DNA of 64,000 bases, taken from contig NC_058368.1 in assembly GCF_018350175.1 (NCBI RefSeq), forward strand, positions 169,820,001-169,884,000, given 5' to 3'. The notes beneath the pieces are model-generated. The model was not told the origin of the DNA and ran no database searches. It saw only the letters and a list, made by a program, of their open reading frames with translations. How positions within the stretch are numbered: position 1 is the first letter of the stretch; the number at the start of each line of letters is the position of its first letter. Source of the stretch: Felis catus (taxonomy: Eukaryota). Below, piece after piece: positions 51,016 to 63,049 of the stretch. The translations under genes were made by a program, and so were the position numbers.

Positions 51016-51156
51016 TGAAAGAGAAAAGAAAATCTTTAGCAGACTCTATGCCCAGTGCAGAGCCTGATGCAGGGTGCAGTCTCACAACCCTGAGATCATG
51101 ACCTGAGCTGAAATCAAGAGTCAGACACTTAACTGACTAAGCCACCCAGGTGCCCC
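51016..51156 (-). mobile_element. Can-SINE 5' half
   Basis: aatctttagcagactctatg...gagatcatgacctgagctgaaatcaagagtcagacacttaactgactaagccacccaggtgcccc. Confidence 0.9.
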
Positions 51157-51614
51157 ATAAAACCCCAGCCTTTAGTTAAGGAATATCTTATCCAATGTCT
51201 TCTCTGTCCTAGGCTTTTCTTGTCTCCTTTCCCAAGTCTTAACTCAAACTTCATGAACAAAATTCTGGTTCCTGGACATTTTTTTTTAATTAAAATATAG
51301 TTACCCAGAATTTTATGTATTTGAAGTATGTGGAGTGCAAGAGAGTATATAGGGAGTTATTCTTATACCTTCTTTGTCTGCAATTGCCAATTTACATGGA
51401 AGCACCAGTAGGTACCCAGTGAATCACTGAGTTCCAGACAAACTCTTCCTTGTACCCACTATGCAGTACTTTCCTACATTCTTATGGTAACCATAATTGA
51501 TTTTCAATTAGTAATCAGAGTAATTAGTAATTGGCATGAAGTAGTCTATAAGCATGAAGAGCAAAAAATGACTAACAGCAGCCGTAGCTTTGAAATAATG
51601 ACTAATTAATTTTA

Positions 51615-52505
51615 CTTGTTAAAATCAACTTTATTGAAGAATAATTTATATCCAACAAAATGAGCCACTTTAAATATAGAGTTCTATTGTCATAGACTCT
51701 AGGTCTAGAGTTCTCTCTTGCCCAGCAAGAGAGTGGACACAGGATTGAAATGCGAGAGAGGCTAATGTCCGAAAGGAGACAGGAGCCCTGAGTACAGGTC
51801 CTTGATCCATTTTTATTAGGATCAGAAGGCTTACAAGTGTGATGGACGTGCACAAAGAGTCAATGAAACTGTGAACATTAACTCATGGGCATGAGGGAAA
51901 GGGGGTTTTGAAGATAAGTGGTGTTAGGGGTTTGGGTCAATACAAAACAAAGTCCTGGTGGGTGGAAGGTTGTTTACAGCAGACATGAGGCATCACCTCT
52001 GTTTACCTAAACTGGCCTAAGGGACCAGAAAGACAGTGCATGCTACCTTAGGGTCAACAGGCACCTTTCTTATGCTAATTAGATCTGCTCTGGCAACTTA
52101 GCCCTGCTGGGATCTAAAGTCCTGTTTTCCTGTTTTTGTCCTTCTTTACTGTGAAAGCAGCTTTCTCCTATTGTACTAGGTTGGGGGGCATCTCCACCTT
52201 GAATACCTAATCTTGTTTATCTCATTTTGGATGCTTCCATTCTAAGATTTCCTAGCCCTATACCTTTGTCCCATACTGGGGGTCTTTGCACTGTTTACCT
52301 AATCTTGTTTACCTAATCTTGTTTACCCAATCTTGGGTGTGTTCATCCTGTGGCTTTCTAATTCTTTATGCCTTCTTAAACCACGGGTGCAAGCTCATGG
52401 AATCCTCCTGAGCTTATTCCCCACACTCTATGAGTCTTGAACTCATTGGATCACCATACTAATCAAAAGAGCATTTTTACCGCACCCCAAATTTCCCTCA
52501 TGCTC
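51615..52505 (-). mobile_element. Old L1MB/ME 3' end interrupted by the solo LTR
   Basis: aactttattgaagataattt...tttaaatatagagttctat | gagtcttga...gcatttttaccgcaccccaaatttccctcatgct is continuous across the LTR. Confidence 0.6.
51688..52425 (-). mobile_element. Solo ERV LTR, 738 bp, possibly class II (beta-like)
   Basis: Minus strand TGTGGGGAAT...CTATGACA. 6-bp flanks ttctat (51682-51687) / ctctat (52426-52431). AATAAA on minus at ~51812-51817. U3 tandem repeats. Confidence 0.85.
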
Positions 52506-52895
52506 TGTATTAGTTTTCCAGGGCTGTGGTAAAAAGCACTTCAAACTGGGTGGCTTAAATAACAGAAATTTGTTGTCTCACATTTTTGGAGGCTAGAAGT
52601 CTAAGATAAGGTGTTGGAAGAGTTGGTTCCTTCTCAGGCTCTCAGGAGGAATCTGATCCATGTCCCTCTCCTAGTTTCTTTTGGATTGCTAGCAATCATT
52701 GATGTTCCTTGTCTTGTAGATATGTCACCTAATCTCTGCCTTCTTCATGGAGCATTTTCCCTGTGTGTCTGTCTGTTGCTAGGTCCTATTTTCCCTGTTT
52801 TATAAGGACATGGGTAATACTGGATTAGAGCCTCCCCTAATGGTTTCATCTTGACTAAATTTGCAGAGGCACTGGAAAGTTAAGACTTAAACACA
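52506..52895 (-). mobile_element. MaLR MLT1A/B/C-type LTR
   Basis: tgtattagttttccagggctg...aaactgggtggcttaaataacagaaatt...ggaggctagaagtctaagataaggtg. Confidence 0.88.
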
Positions 52896-52984
52896 GTTTG
52901 TACTATCCCTCCCCTCTCCCTGACAGCCATCCTCAATACACCACACAAAAAAGAATCCCTGTTCAGCCTCTTCTAGGAACCTGT

Positions 52985-55000
52985 CTCTTGGATTAATTAT
53001 GTGGCCCAACAGGTTCAGTGGTGCTACAGGTAACATTTGGGCCTACAGATACTGTGCATAGTCTCTGGAAAGCCCCCATACGAGAGCCACAGTGCAGACC
53101 TCTAAAATTCAGGAAGAGTGCTATGTTCTGGGGAAGAATATGACTTACTGTTTGAAAAGCAGCTTGTGGTGTGCTACTGTGCCCTAGGAGAGAGTAAAAG
53201 TATGACGAGGGAAACTTATGTGAATATGCCACTAGAGGTGCCCATCATGTTTAAGGTGTTAACAGATCTTCTAAGGTCATAATGCCAGGCAGGTGCAGCA
53301 GGAATCCTTTTATGATAGAAATGTTCAAGCAGATTCAGGAGGCACAGTAAATTGCATGAACAGGTGGTTCAAATTCCTGTCACCTCTCTCAAAAAAAATT
53401 ATGGGTTCTGTGAGTTTCTTTCAACAACCAACAGAGCTCAGTATGTTACTTCTAGGCAAGAGTGAGTCACCACTGCATTACATCCTTCTCAGACATGGTC
53501 ACAGAAGGCAGTTATGAAGGGATATTTCCCCAGTGGGCAGAACCACAAGCAGACACTTCAGTGTTGATGCTGTGAGAATGAAGAATTGATCTAATGTATG
53601 GATATACATGGTTTGGCTATTTAGGGATGTTGAAAGATCAAGATTAGAAGACTAGAAATGAAGACGTTTTGGGAAGAGATAGGTGGATAGACTTAAGAGA
53701 GTGGGCACAGAGACTGAGAATTTTTGTGTCTCACATCCCACCAGCATCTACTTCAGAGGAGTCACTAAATATCAGCTGTGTAGGATGACTCATTTTGTGG
53801 ATGTTAGCCAGTTTTTCTCCTTGGTTATCCCCCTACTTACACAATGGGACTGTGAGCAGAGTAGTGGTCACGGCAGGTGTAGAGGCTGCCTGTCACTAAA
53901 GCTGAGGATTTCTGCTGCCCTCCTGCCAGCACAGATGGACTGACACCACGTCCTTGATTTGATTATTCCTCAGAGAGACCAGGTAGGCATTTAGGGGCAG
54001 GTTGATTATATCAGACCCATTTCGACCCTGGAATTGCCAACCCATATCCCATAACACTGATATAGATTCACTTTCATAACCTGTAGTGCCTCTGCCAACA
54101 CTATTCTTTGAGGGCTTTGAATGCCTGACTAACCAACATCATATCTGCATACCATTGCCTATACCACAGGAGACGCTCATAAAGAAAATAAGGTGATGGG
54201 TGCATGACCACCCATGTGATACACTGCTACTGCCTTACCACATCATGTGGAAAAACTTGCCTAATAGGATGGTATAATGACTTACTAACGCTCAGTTAAG
54301 GTACCAGCTAGAGTTTCATTCTCCACAAGGTACAGGATCTATTCACAAGGTTTCAGTTTACACATTGAACTAATGACCAATATTTCATGCTATGTACTCA
54401 ATAGCTAAACTAAATGGTTTGGGGGACTATGTGGAAGTAGGACTGGCCCTTTCACTATCTCTTCCAGGGATCCACTTGTGAAATGGTGTTTCCCATCTAT
54501 GCAGTCTTTGGGTCTGCTAGATTAAAAGTCCTCATTCTCAGGACTGGTGAAGTAATGCTTTTACCAATGGATCTAGTAACAGATCCAGTGAGCCTTAAGC
54601 TGTCACTTCCACTTGGACTTCTTGAGCTCCTCATGCCTTTTAGCCAGCAAAGAAAAGAATTACCATACTGGTTGAAGAAATTCATTTTAAGTTCAATGAA
54701 CTTTATCCTTGTATCCCAGTGCAGATCTAGGGGTATTGCTGTACAGATGAGGATAGAAAGGAGTATATCTCAAATTCAGGGAACTCATCAAGTCATCTTT
54801 TGGTTTCTTTAAACTCAGTGATAATTATATTTTGAAAATTGTAGCAACAACAGCCCAACAAGGGGAAAGCACTTGAGGACCCACCTCATATTTGGAAGGT
54901 CTGGGTCACCATGCCAGGCAAGTAAATTGGACCAACTTAAGTATTGATTAAGGGTGAGGCAATCCAGAATGACAAATGAAATAAATGAAATAATTATGCA
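52985..55000 (+). mobile_element. ERVL-type internal region (pol RNase H to integrase and downstream), decayed
   Basis: SLWKAPIREPQCRPL and FEKQLVVCYCAL (cf. ERVL SLWQAPIGESQRRPL, FERQLLACYWAL). caggttgattatatcagaccc resembles QVDYIGP. Confidence 0.82.
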
Positions 55001-55239
55001 TAGATTCTTGTGCTCTCATTTTTGACTGAGCATAGGCAAGGACTCTTAGAAATTGATAAAGCCTATAGAGGATCAGGCTAATGGACTTTATTTGTTCTTC
55101 ATTCTTATCCTTCCCCTATCCCCATTCTTCCTTTGTTACTTTTTGTGAACTTTTCTTTTAGGTGTTATGCTAGTCTGCATTCATTTCCAGCTGCTTATTT
55201 CAGGGTTGGCATATTATTTGGAAAGCACTCTGAATCTTT

Positions 55240-55560
55240 GTAAATTTTTTAACTTCTAAAATATATAAAGGATACAGAAAAATATAGGGAATACTATTGC
55301 AGGCATCGATTATATCCACCAAATAAAATGTTATAGATGCAGCTGAAGCCATATCTTAATGCTCCTCAGAACCACTCTTCTCCCCCTTCAGAGATAACCA
55401 TCACACTGAAGCTGGTGTGTATATTTCCATGTGCACTGTATTAATAAATAACATAGCTACATATTTTAAAATTAAATAAATTGTATCACATGGTATGCAG
55501 TTTTCTCTGTAACTTATTTTTTCTTCAACATATTTTTGAGATTTATTTTTGTTGATGAGG
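55240..55560 (-). mobile_element. Ancient L1ME 3' end
   Basis: cagagataaccatcacactgaagctggtgtgtatatttcc...ttcaacatatttttgagattt. Confidence 0.55.
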
Positions 55561-56837
55561 CTTATTTTTTTTTAAAGTCCAGAAGTTGGTTTTATTTCAT
55601 TTTGCGTTGGCTTTTTCCATTAGTATTTTAATTATCCCTGCTCTAAGATCATCACCTCTTTGTATAACTCTAGAATGTTCCATTCTCATTAGCAGAGCTC
55701 TTATAATTCTGGAACAAAAGAGACACACTCTATTCCAGCCTAAAATGTGTGTAACAGAATGAATGATGGCCACTGAAGAGGGACTTGTTTTCTCTCCTCT
55801 GCAGGATTGTGGTGCTGGTTTCAGGAACATTCTCCTGGATTTCAGCTTTGCAAGAGAATAAATTCTAGGTTGAGACCCAGAAAATTTAACAGAAGTTATT
55901 GACTTTGTTGCCCAATTGCTTGCCAATAATTATTGAGAATAAATTTGTTCTTGCTTTTGTTCTATTTTCCAACAGAATCCCATTTTCATTGCTAGAAAAT
56001 ATATTGTGTTTGGAAGCAATAAAAAGAAAAGAGCAAAGGATGAATAAGGCTTCAGTGGGTAACTGGGAAATAACTCTAAAATTCTTACAGAGAGCTACCA
56101 CAGTAACTGAAAAGGATCAATAAACCCACAAGTAACATCAAACAACAGCACCTCTGTTAAACATAACAGCTATACTGTGGAGCTACTGTGCTAAATCCTT
56201 TCTTTCCTCTTAAAAAAATTGTGTTAAAACAGAGTTTTAGAAGTCTAACAAAGTCTTTATAAACACAACTACTCTCCAGAAATTTAAGATCCACGTCAAT
56301 TTTTGAAGTTTTTATTTTTCCACCCTAACTTAGTACCAAGAGCCTCCTCTATACCTGCTCTCATGATCGTTAGTGGCCTTCCAAGGAACAGTGTGTACCG
56401 GGGGCCTCGGAGCCAGTGCTGGCTGGTAATGTTACCTCTCAAGTTTACAGCCCACTGCCCTTCTAATAGAAATGGCCAGGCATTATTAAATACACTCAGT
56501 TCTATCAAGTCACATAGCAGTGAATGATATAGCCAGAGGAATTTAGATGTAAAAAAAAAAATAGTATAAGAGTAACCAGTAGAGTTTTGTGGAGTTCTGC
56601 TTGTTTATTTTGTTTTGATACTATCGCACAAATGATGACAAGAAAAACATTCTGGATTTTGAATGAATCGCACTGTGGGAGTTGGAACATTGTCAATTCC
56701 ATGTAAAAATTGTATTCACTTTGTACTTTGTGTTTAGGGGTCAGATATCCTGCATTTTTTAGTTCCTGGATCTCTAGATCAAGAGCTGCTGCATACAAAG
56801 ATCTGCATGTGAACACGATGCAAATCAGGAGATCCAT

Positions 56838-57370
56838 ATGGGCTTCTTTCACTTAGTAATATGCATGTAAGCCTCTTCCATGTCTTTTCATGGCTTGATA
56901 GCTCATTACTTTCTAGCACTGAATAGTAGTCCGTTGTCTGGATGCAAGACAGTTTATTTATCCGTCCATCTACTGAAGGACATCTTGGCTGCTTTCAAGT
57001 TTAGGCAATTACGAAGAAAGCTGCTATAAACATGTGTGTGCAGGTTTTTGTGTGCACACAAATTTTCAATTCCTTTGGATGAATACCAAGGAGTGCAATT
57101 GCTGGATCTTACAGTAGGAGTATATTTAGTTTTGTTAGAAACCACCAAAAGGTCTTCCAGAGTGGCTGTACCATCCCCATCAACAGTGAATGAGAGTTCT
57201 AGTTGTCTTAGATCCTCACCAGCATTTGGTGTTGCCACTGTTTTGGGTTTTGGCCATTTTAATAGGTATATAGTTGTAGCTCTTCGTTGTTTTAATTTGC
57301 ATTTCTCTAAAGACATATGATGTGGAACCTCTTTGCATATGCTTATTTCCCATCTGTACATCTTTTTTCA
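56838..57370 (-). mobile_element. L1MB/MC-type fragment
   Basis: catgtctttcatggcttgatagctcatt...ctactgaaggacatcttggctgct...ctcaccagcatttggtgttg. Confidence 0.85.
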
Positions 57371-58389
57371 ACTATATTTTTATTTTAAAGGGAATCCTCA
57401 TCTTTAAAAACTGCTGACAGAGGCATATTTAAAAGTACTGACTTAGGCAATACTACTGAGATATTAGAGTTGGACAGTGCCCGCGTTTCAATTTCATAAT
57501 TAATGAGTCAGAAGGGTGTTAGTGGTAGAGAGATGAGACCAACAATGGGTGTGGGAGACAGCGTCATGTACGCGTGACATGCCAAGTACTTAAATACAAC
57601 AATGGTAGGATGCAGGCTTAGTGATCGCTCATCGCTCGTGGGCGAGATCTCCTGGTTATATGGAGGAAAGGGATAGAAATCCTCCTCATATAAACAATAG
57701 AAGAACCTTCTGCAAAAGACCATCACTATTAACATGGCAAATGCTTGTTTCTGCCATAGAGAATTTCACTCTGAATTTCTAAATACTCCATCAATGATAC
57801 ATAGGAAAGGTCTGCCTTTGAATGTGTTGAGCGCTTGGATCCTGACTGTGACACTAGTGGAAGGTGGGTAACAGAAAGTGCACATGGAAACTGGAGAGGG
57901 AAAAAGACTAGGAAGAAGAGATGCATCGATTCCCAAATGAGATCGAATTTAGTGACCGAAAGGTGATTTGACTGAAAAAGTAAAGGAATCTTTGCACTAA
58001 TCTCTGACCTCTCAGATTTTATCATCATTTAGTAGTAGTGGGACAGAGTAATATTTTTGAAATGTTAACTTCTGTTTGTCTTCCCTGTTAAGCAGATAAG
58101 ACTATACACGTTGCCACAGGGAAGAAATGCAGAGCAGAAAGCCTATTGATTTTAAGTCTCTTTCTGGATTATATGCTCAGAAATCCTTGGGCTTTAAGGT
58201 AACATGGACAAAAATATTCTCAATGAATATCATGCACCAGAGAACCCAGAGTTTAAGGAAGGTAGGTCTTCCTTGGAGATTTAAAAATCATTTCCCAGTT
58301 GAAGGAGATAAAGTTATAATGGCGAATTGTTGAGATAAGAGACCTGGGTGGGTCCCAGAGAGGTGTGCTGACCATCATTAGTGCTGTTC

Positions 58390-58695
58390 ATCCACTGTAT
58401 CTGGTTAACCCCCCACCCTGCATTTCTCATCTCTCTTCAGACTGGGTGTAGCCGTATGACTTACATTGACAAATGCAGTGTGCATGAGAGTGGTAGTGTA
58501 GCTTTAAGAGCTGTAGTGTGACTCACTATCTTCCCTTCCCACTGGGGTGGTTTTTATGGAAACACACGTAGAGATGATGTCTCCATCAGCCTGAGACCCT
58601 CAGGGAACACAGGAGCAGGGCTTCTCCAGAAATCTGCAATGGACACAGCATGAGAAGTCAGTTTCTCTCGTGTTGAGCAATTGAGGTTTGGGAGG
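58390..58695 (+). mobile_element. Old MaLR MLT1 LTR fragment
   Basis: gggtgtagccgtatgacttac...catcagcctgagaccct...gtgttgagcaattgaggtttggga. Confidence 0.5.
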
Positions 58696-58697
<2 letters not shown>

Positions 58698-58737
<40 letters not shown>

Positions 58738-58750
58738 CGCGCGTGTGTAT
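58698..58750. repeat. (TG)n-(CG) alternating purine-pyrimidine tract
   Basis: (tg)n followed by gcgcgcacgcgcgtgtgtat. Confidence 0.95.
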
Positions 58751-58789
58751 GGCTATGTGTTTAGGCTCAGCAGGCCTTAAAAATAGAGC

Positions 58790-59040
58790 CCTAATGGTGC
58801 TGCAAAAGTCCAGTTGCTGGAGTGCTTAGACTGTGAGGTCATATTTCCTGGGTTGGAAACCCCACTCTGCCACCAACTAGCTATGCAATCTTAAATAAGT
58901 GATTTACCTTTCTGTATTTCAGTTTCCTCCTATGTAAATGGGAGTAATAATAATCCTGTGCACAGGATTTTTGAAGATTAAACAAGTTAATATTTGTAAG
59001 AACAGTTTTGGGCACATGGGTAACATACAAATGTTAGTTT
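58790..59040 (+). mobile_element. MIR
   Basis: cctgggttggaaaccccactctgccaccaactagctatg...tttcagtttcctcctatgtaaatgggagtaataataat. Confidence 0.85.
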
Positions 59041-59239
59041 TGTCTTCTCTCTCTCTCTCTCTCACTCTCTCACTCTGTCTCCTTTTTCACATCAGGCCTT
59101 CCCTAAGAGATAATCCATGACAAATGAGCTAAATTTTAATCTCCAAGGATATGAAATAGTGGTTTAATTCTTCTGAAGTTTCAAGAAAGTATCACAGAGG
59201 AGTCTTGATGAGAATACTCGAATGCCTCCTTTAATCATA

Positions 59240-60200
59240 TCTGCTTAACTGCCCTTGTCGTAACTCTGTCCGTGCTCCTGTGCGGCGTCTGCTGCAACTC
59301 GGCATTTACTCTTTACCAACTTCCGCATAACTAGTCTCCTGCAAGAATTCTCCTCCCCTAGCCATGCTCTTCTCCACCGCCTTCCCCAGGAAAGGGGCTG
59401 CCAAACATTCCGGAAGAGAGCTAACTGACTTTTAGACTGTTTTATCTTCATACCCGCAGCGAATCCAGAAATCTCCCTAAGCTATCTGGCTGAGTGCTGT
59501 GGGTTTTAAAGCAATCCTTTAATATATTCACTTGATTTTAAAGACAAAAACCTCCCTGGAACATTTAACCACGGGCACTACTTTTGCTCTTCTGAGGGGC
59601 TGCTCCCTGAACTTCTCTGAAGCTGGTGTTAGAGGTGGTTGGGATATATTTCCACAGATTCAAGTTCTGTGCCGGACCATTAAGCCTTTGAGGTCCAAGA
59701 AAAACCACAAAGGATCGCCAGTGTCAGGACTGAGGGAGAAACAAGCTTTGAAATATAGGAGAGGATAAAAAGCAAAACCTCTGCAGGTATATCATTGCCA
59801 ATAAGATAAAAATACAGACCGAGTGGACAGTAAAGGTGAGCTTTGCAAAGCTGCTGCCCGTGGGGTGGAAAAGTTTGGGAGGAGAGGGTCAGAGAAAGGG
59901 GGGATAAAAACCCCTCCTGGTGCATTTAAACCTAAAACCTGCTGTTTAATTATACGATTAGCACAAAAATTCTTTTGAGCCTGTGGAGGTAACCGAAAAG
60001 GAACAAAGTGACAAAGTGCACAGGTAGGCATTTTGTAGGGTCCGGGACATGGAACCTCTCTCTCTCTCTCAAAACCCTCAGCTCTAAATCACAGCTTTCA
60101 TCTGCATGGCTCATCAAAAGATCACAGATTTCGGTTTTTCCTCCAGGATGCTGACGAGAACATTTAACCAGAAATAAGGTCACACCAGTATGTGATGCAG
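59240..60200. promoter_or_regulatory. Candidate enhancer: repeat-free stretch with retained CpGs and ETS/GATA motifs
   Basis: About 10 CpGs in 59255-59465, ccggaag at ~59410, ttatct at ~59442, agataa at ~59804. Motif evidence only. Confidence 0.3.
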
Positions 60201-60626
60201 GGTTTATTGGATTCTTCAGGTTGTTTTCCAGGGATATTTATAAGAGAAATGTAATTTTGGGAAGAAAAATATGTTGTCAATTGATGGCAGTTCTTTCTGG
60301 CTGCACATCTTTATTCAGGCAGAAGCGCTGGAGCCACACAGAAGAATTTGAGTCTCAGCTTTAACTTTTTTTGCACATAAAAATGCACCAACCGCAGTAT
60401 TCTGTAGAAAGACCTGGAATTTTTAATGCCTTTAGTTTTGTAGTTTCCTGATTTACATGGGACATTGTGCATAAATATGCAGCGTCCCACTTCCTTGATG
60501 AAAATAGGCTTTCCTATTTTATGGGCCTGCATACATTGTACTGAATTTCTCCACAAGGGACAAAATTTATGTTGAAAGCTGATCCAGGGAAAATTGACTT
60601 GAAAGGAATTCTCCAAAAGTAGCAGA

Positions 60627-60762
60627 AGTGTTCTCTTTGATCATAGTTCCTGGTAGCTGAGCTGAGTAGATAAGATCATGAGACATACATTAATGTCAAT
60701 AATATGAACACTTTTACAAAAAAATCAATCAATTTAGGAAATTATAGATCAAAGAGAACACT
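60627..60762. repeat. 136-bp segment bounded by a perfect 16-bp inverted repeat
   Basis: agtgttctctttgatc (60627-60642) and gatcaaagagaacact (60747-60762). Confidence 0.9.
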
Positions 60763-62154
60763 ATCCACATATCATGACTTTTTATATAGAATTTTCTAGT
60801 TGCCTCCACTCAAGAGATTTGTCATGGTTCAGAACATCTTCCCAAACGTACCTTAGGAGCCTACCTACAAATTTTCCGTAGTCTCAGCCTTGCTTTCTAA
60901 GCGTGGGCATATTAAACACGGATCTCCTTTAATGGGGTCTTGTGAAGACCATTGATGATTCCATTTTGTCCTGCTGCATGTTGCATCCAGCTCTTACTAT
61001 AACTCCTTTGGGTAAGCTATTGTTCAAGCCCTTGGTAGAAATTTTATGTCATACCTCCTTCCATCATCCTTCCTTTCTTCCTTGTTCTCTCCCTCTTCTT
61101 CCTCCTCCTCATCCACCTCCTTCTCCTTTAGTGCTGCTATTGAATTGCTTCTGGCACAATAAAATTCTAGGCCAAAAAACTTCCATCATTTTAACTCCCC
61201 ATGCGGACTTGTGATATAGCAGCAGTGATATGGAGGCTATTAGAATAGATTTATTCATCAAACAAGAGCTGTAGGCAAGTGTCTGAGGTCAGTAGCATTG
61301 GGAAACATAAAGCACACCATCTGCATCCAAAGAATTTACAGACCAGTGGGTTGTAGACAGGATGGGTAAATTGTTCAAAACTCTTCATGACTTTCTCCTT
61401 TATAAGGAATTAACCTCAACCCACCTACAGCCACAAGTGAGAAGAGTTTAAGGGTTTCCAACTTTTTTGAGTTTATTATTTTTTTTGCCATTTGAAATAT
61501 AATTATAAACAAATTATCTTTCAGCAAGTAGGAATTTATATTAACATCATTCTATTCATAATGCATTAGAGATATAAAATATAATTTTCCCAAACCATGT
61601 GAGGAGAAATGTTGACAATCAGATATGCAATGATATGAACGTAGTATTTGAGTGCAAACATTACCATGAAGAACTAGGTCACAGGACTGTGACGGTTGTC
61701 ATTTGATCAGAGTTGACTGTAGACCCAATGTGGGTCTGTGCATTGCAACCAGAGCAACACTTTAAAAACAAGTTGGATACCATGCTTTTCATACTAAATT
61801 TATTGTTGGAGCAAACTGACCTGTTAAAAGGGTCAGGGTGGCTACATGGTTTGTATAAACCATCTCCAGAAGTATAGTGAGATTCAGGCACATGGCCTTT
61901 AACTTGACCCCATATAACTGACTCTACTTCTGAATTCCTTTTGGTTCTTTGAGGTTGTTGGTGTTTTGTCATGGTACTCTGTGATAGTGCAGCAACTCAG
62001 AATACACTTGCCATAGAAAAATAGTTTTTCTTAACAAACTCACTTTTGTGACACAGTATTTTTTTTCATCTGTTTAAGGAACCCCTTTTTTTTTTTGAGG
62101 ATAAATTCCTTACCCTGGTTTTCAAGGCTTTGTTGTAACTCTACGTGGTAAATA

Positions 62155-62610
62155 TGTGGGGAGTCAGGTACTCAGTGTTCATTCTTATGCACTTTTCTGC
62201 CTCACCCTGTGTGGCAAAGGCTACAAGCCTGACAAGTACATTTTCTAGACAAGTTTGTCTCTAGTGTTTTGGATAGATTGACCTTCTGCCTAGTAGACAC
62301 ACTTATCCAAGATTTGAAAAGAAAGGAGGCAGAAGCTACATTATTCTTACTTTCATTGTAGACTAGGGCTTTACAGAGATAAGTTTGGTAATGATCTCTG
62401 TGTTCATTTGCTATTTACCTGCCATAGACGTGCAGAGGAACTTTGAAGTGTTACTGGTTTTCTGTAGGTTTTTAACCTCTGGACTTGAGTTTCTGACTTT
62501 GTCCAGCCGTTTCTATGGTTTGTAAGCTCCCAATTTCCTGTATTATATCCTTTTCTGTTTAAAATACATGGAATGGCTCCTCTTTTTTATGAATGAATCC
62601 TGACTATGTA
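62155..62610 (+). mobile_element. ERVL LTR (LTR33-like)
   Basis: caagatttgaaaagaaaggaggcagaagc...aatttcctgtattatatccttttctgtttaaaatacatggaatggc...cctgacta. Confidence 0.6.
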
Positions 62611-63049
62611 ATATAAACTCTCCTCTAATAAAGATGCCTAAAAAAGGGAAAACATGGACTGATGCCATGCTTTGATGGATTCCCTTGTCTCTCCCTTCCT
62701 TCTCCCTATTCAAATCTATCTAGGTCTGCCTCCATGCACTATTTCCCACTCCCAAGCCCCTACTAAATCCACATTTCTTAACTCATTTAGTGTTATTACC
62801 CTGTGGTATAAGTTTCTCCGGTTCAGTGTTAATCTTCTTTTGCATTGCTCTTTTTAAAAATCATTTTTGTCTCTTTAGTATCCCCCATTACATTATAAGC
62901 TCCATGAGACTCAGTCTATTATTTTATTTTCTTTTGAATTCCGTACAGAGGTAACATAGTATGATATACATAATGGGCTTACTAAAACACATACTGTCTT
63001 ACACACACACACACAACACACACACACACACAAAACAGATCTTGTGGTT

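Noticed and set aside
52292..52334. Short regularly spaced repeats as CRISPR-like array
   Set aside because: No spacers; eukaryotic LTR U3 tandem repeat.
56505..56852. 115-aa minus ORF
   Set aside because: Starts in an L1 fragment; no known motif; length compatible with chance.
57729..57891. Minus-strand acceptor (ctttttccctctccag) followed by a 53-codon open frame
   Set aside because: Peptide unrecognisable, no partner exons found, and opposite to the inferred transcription direction.
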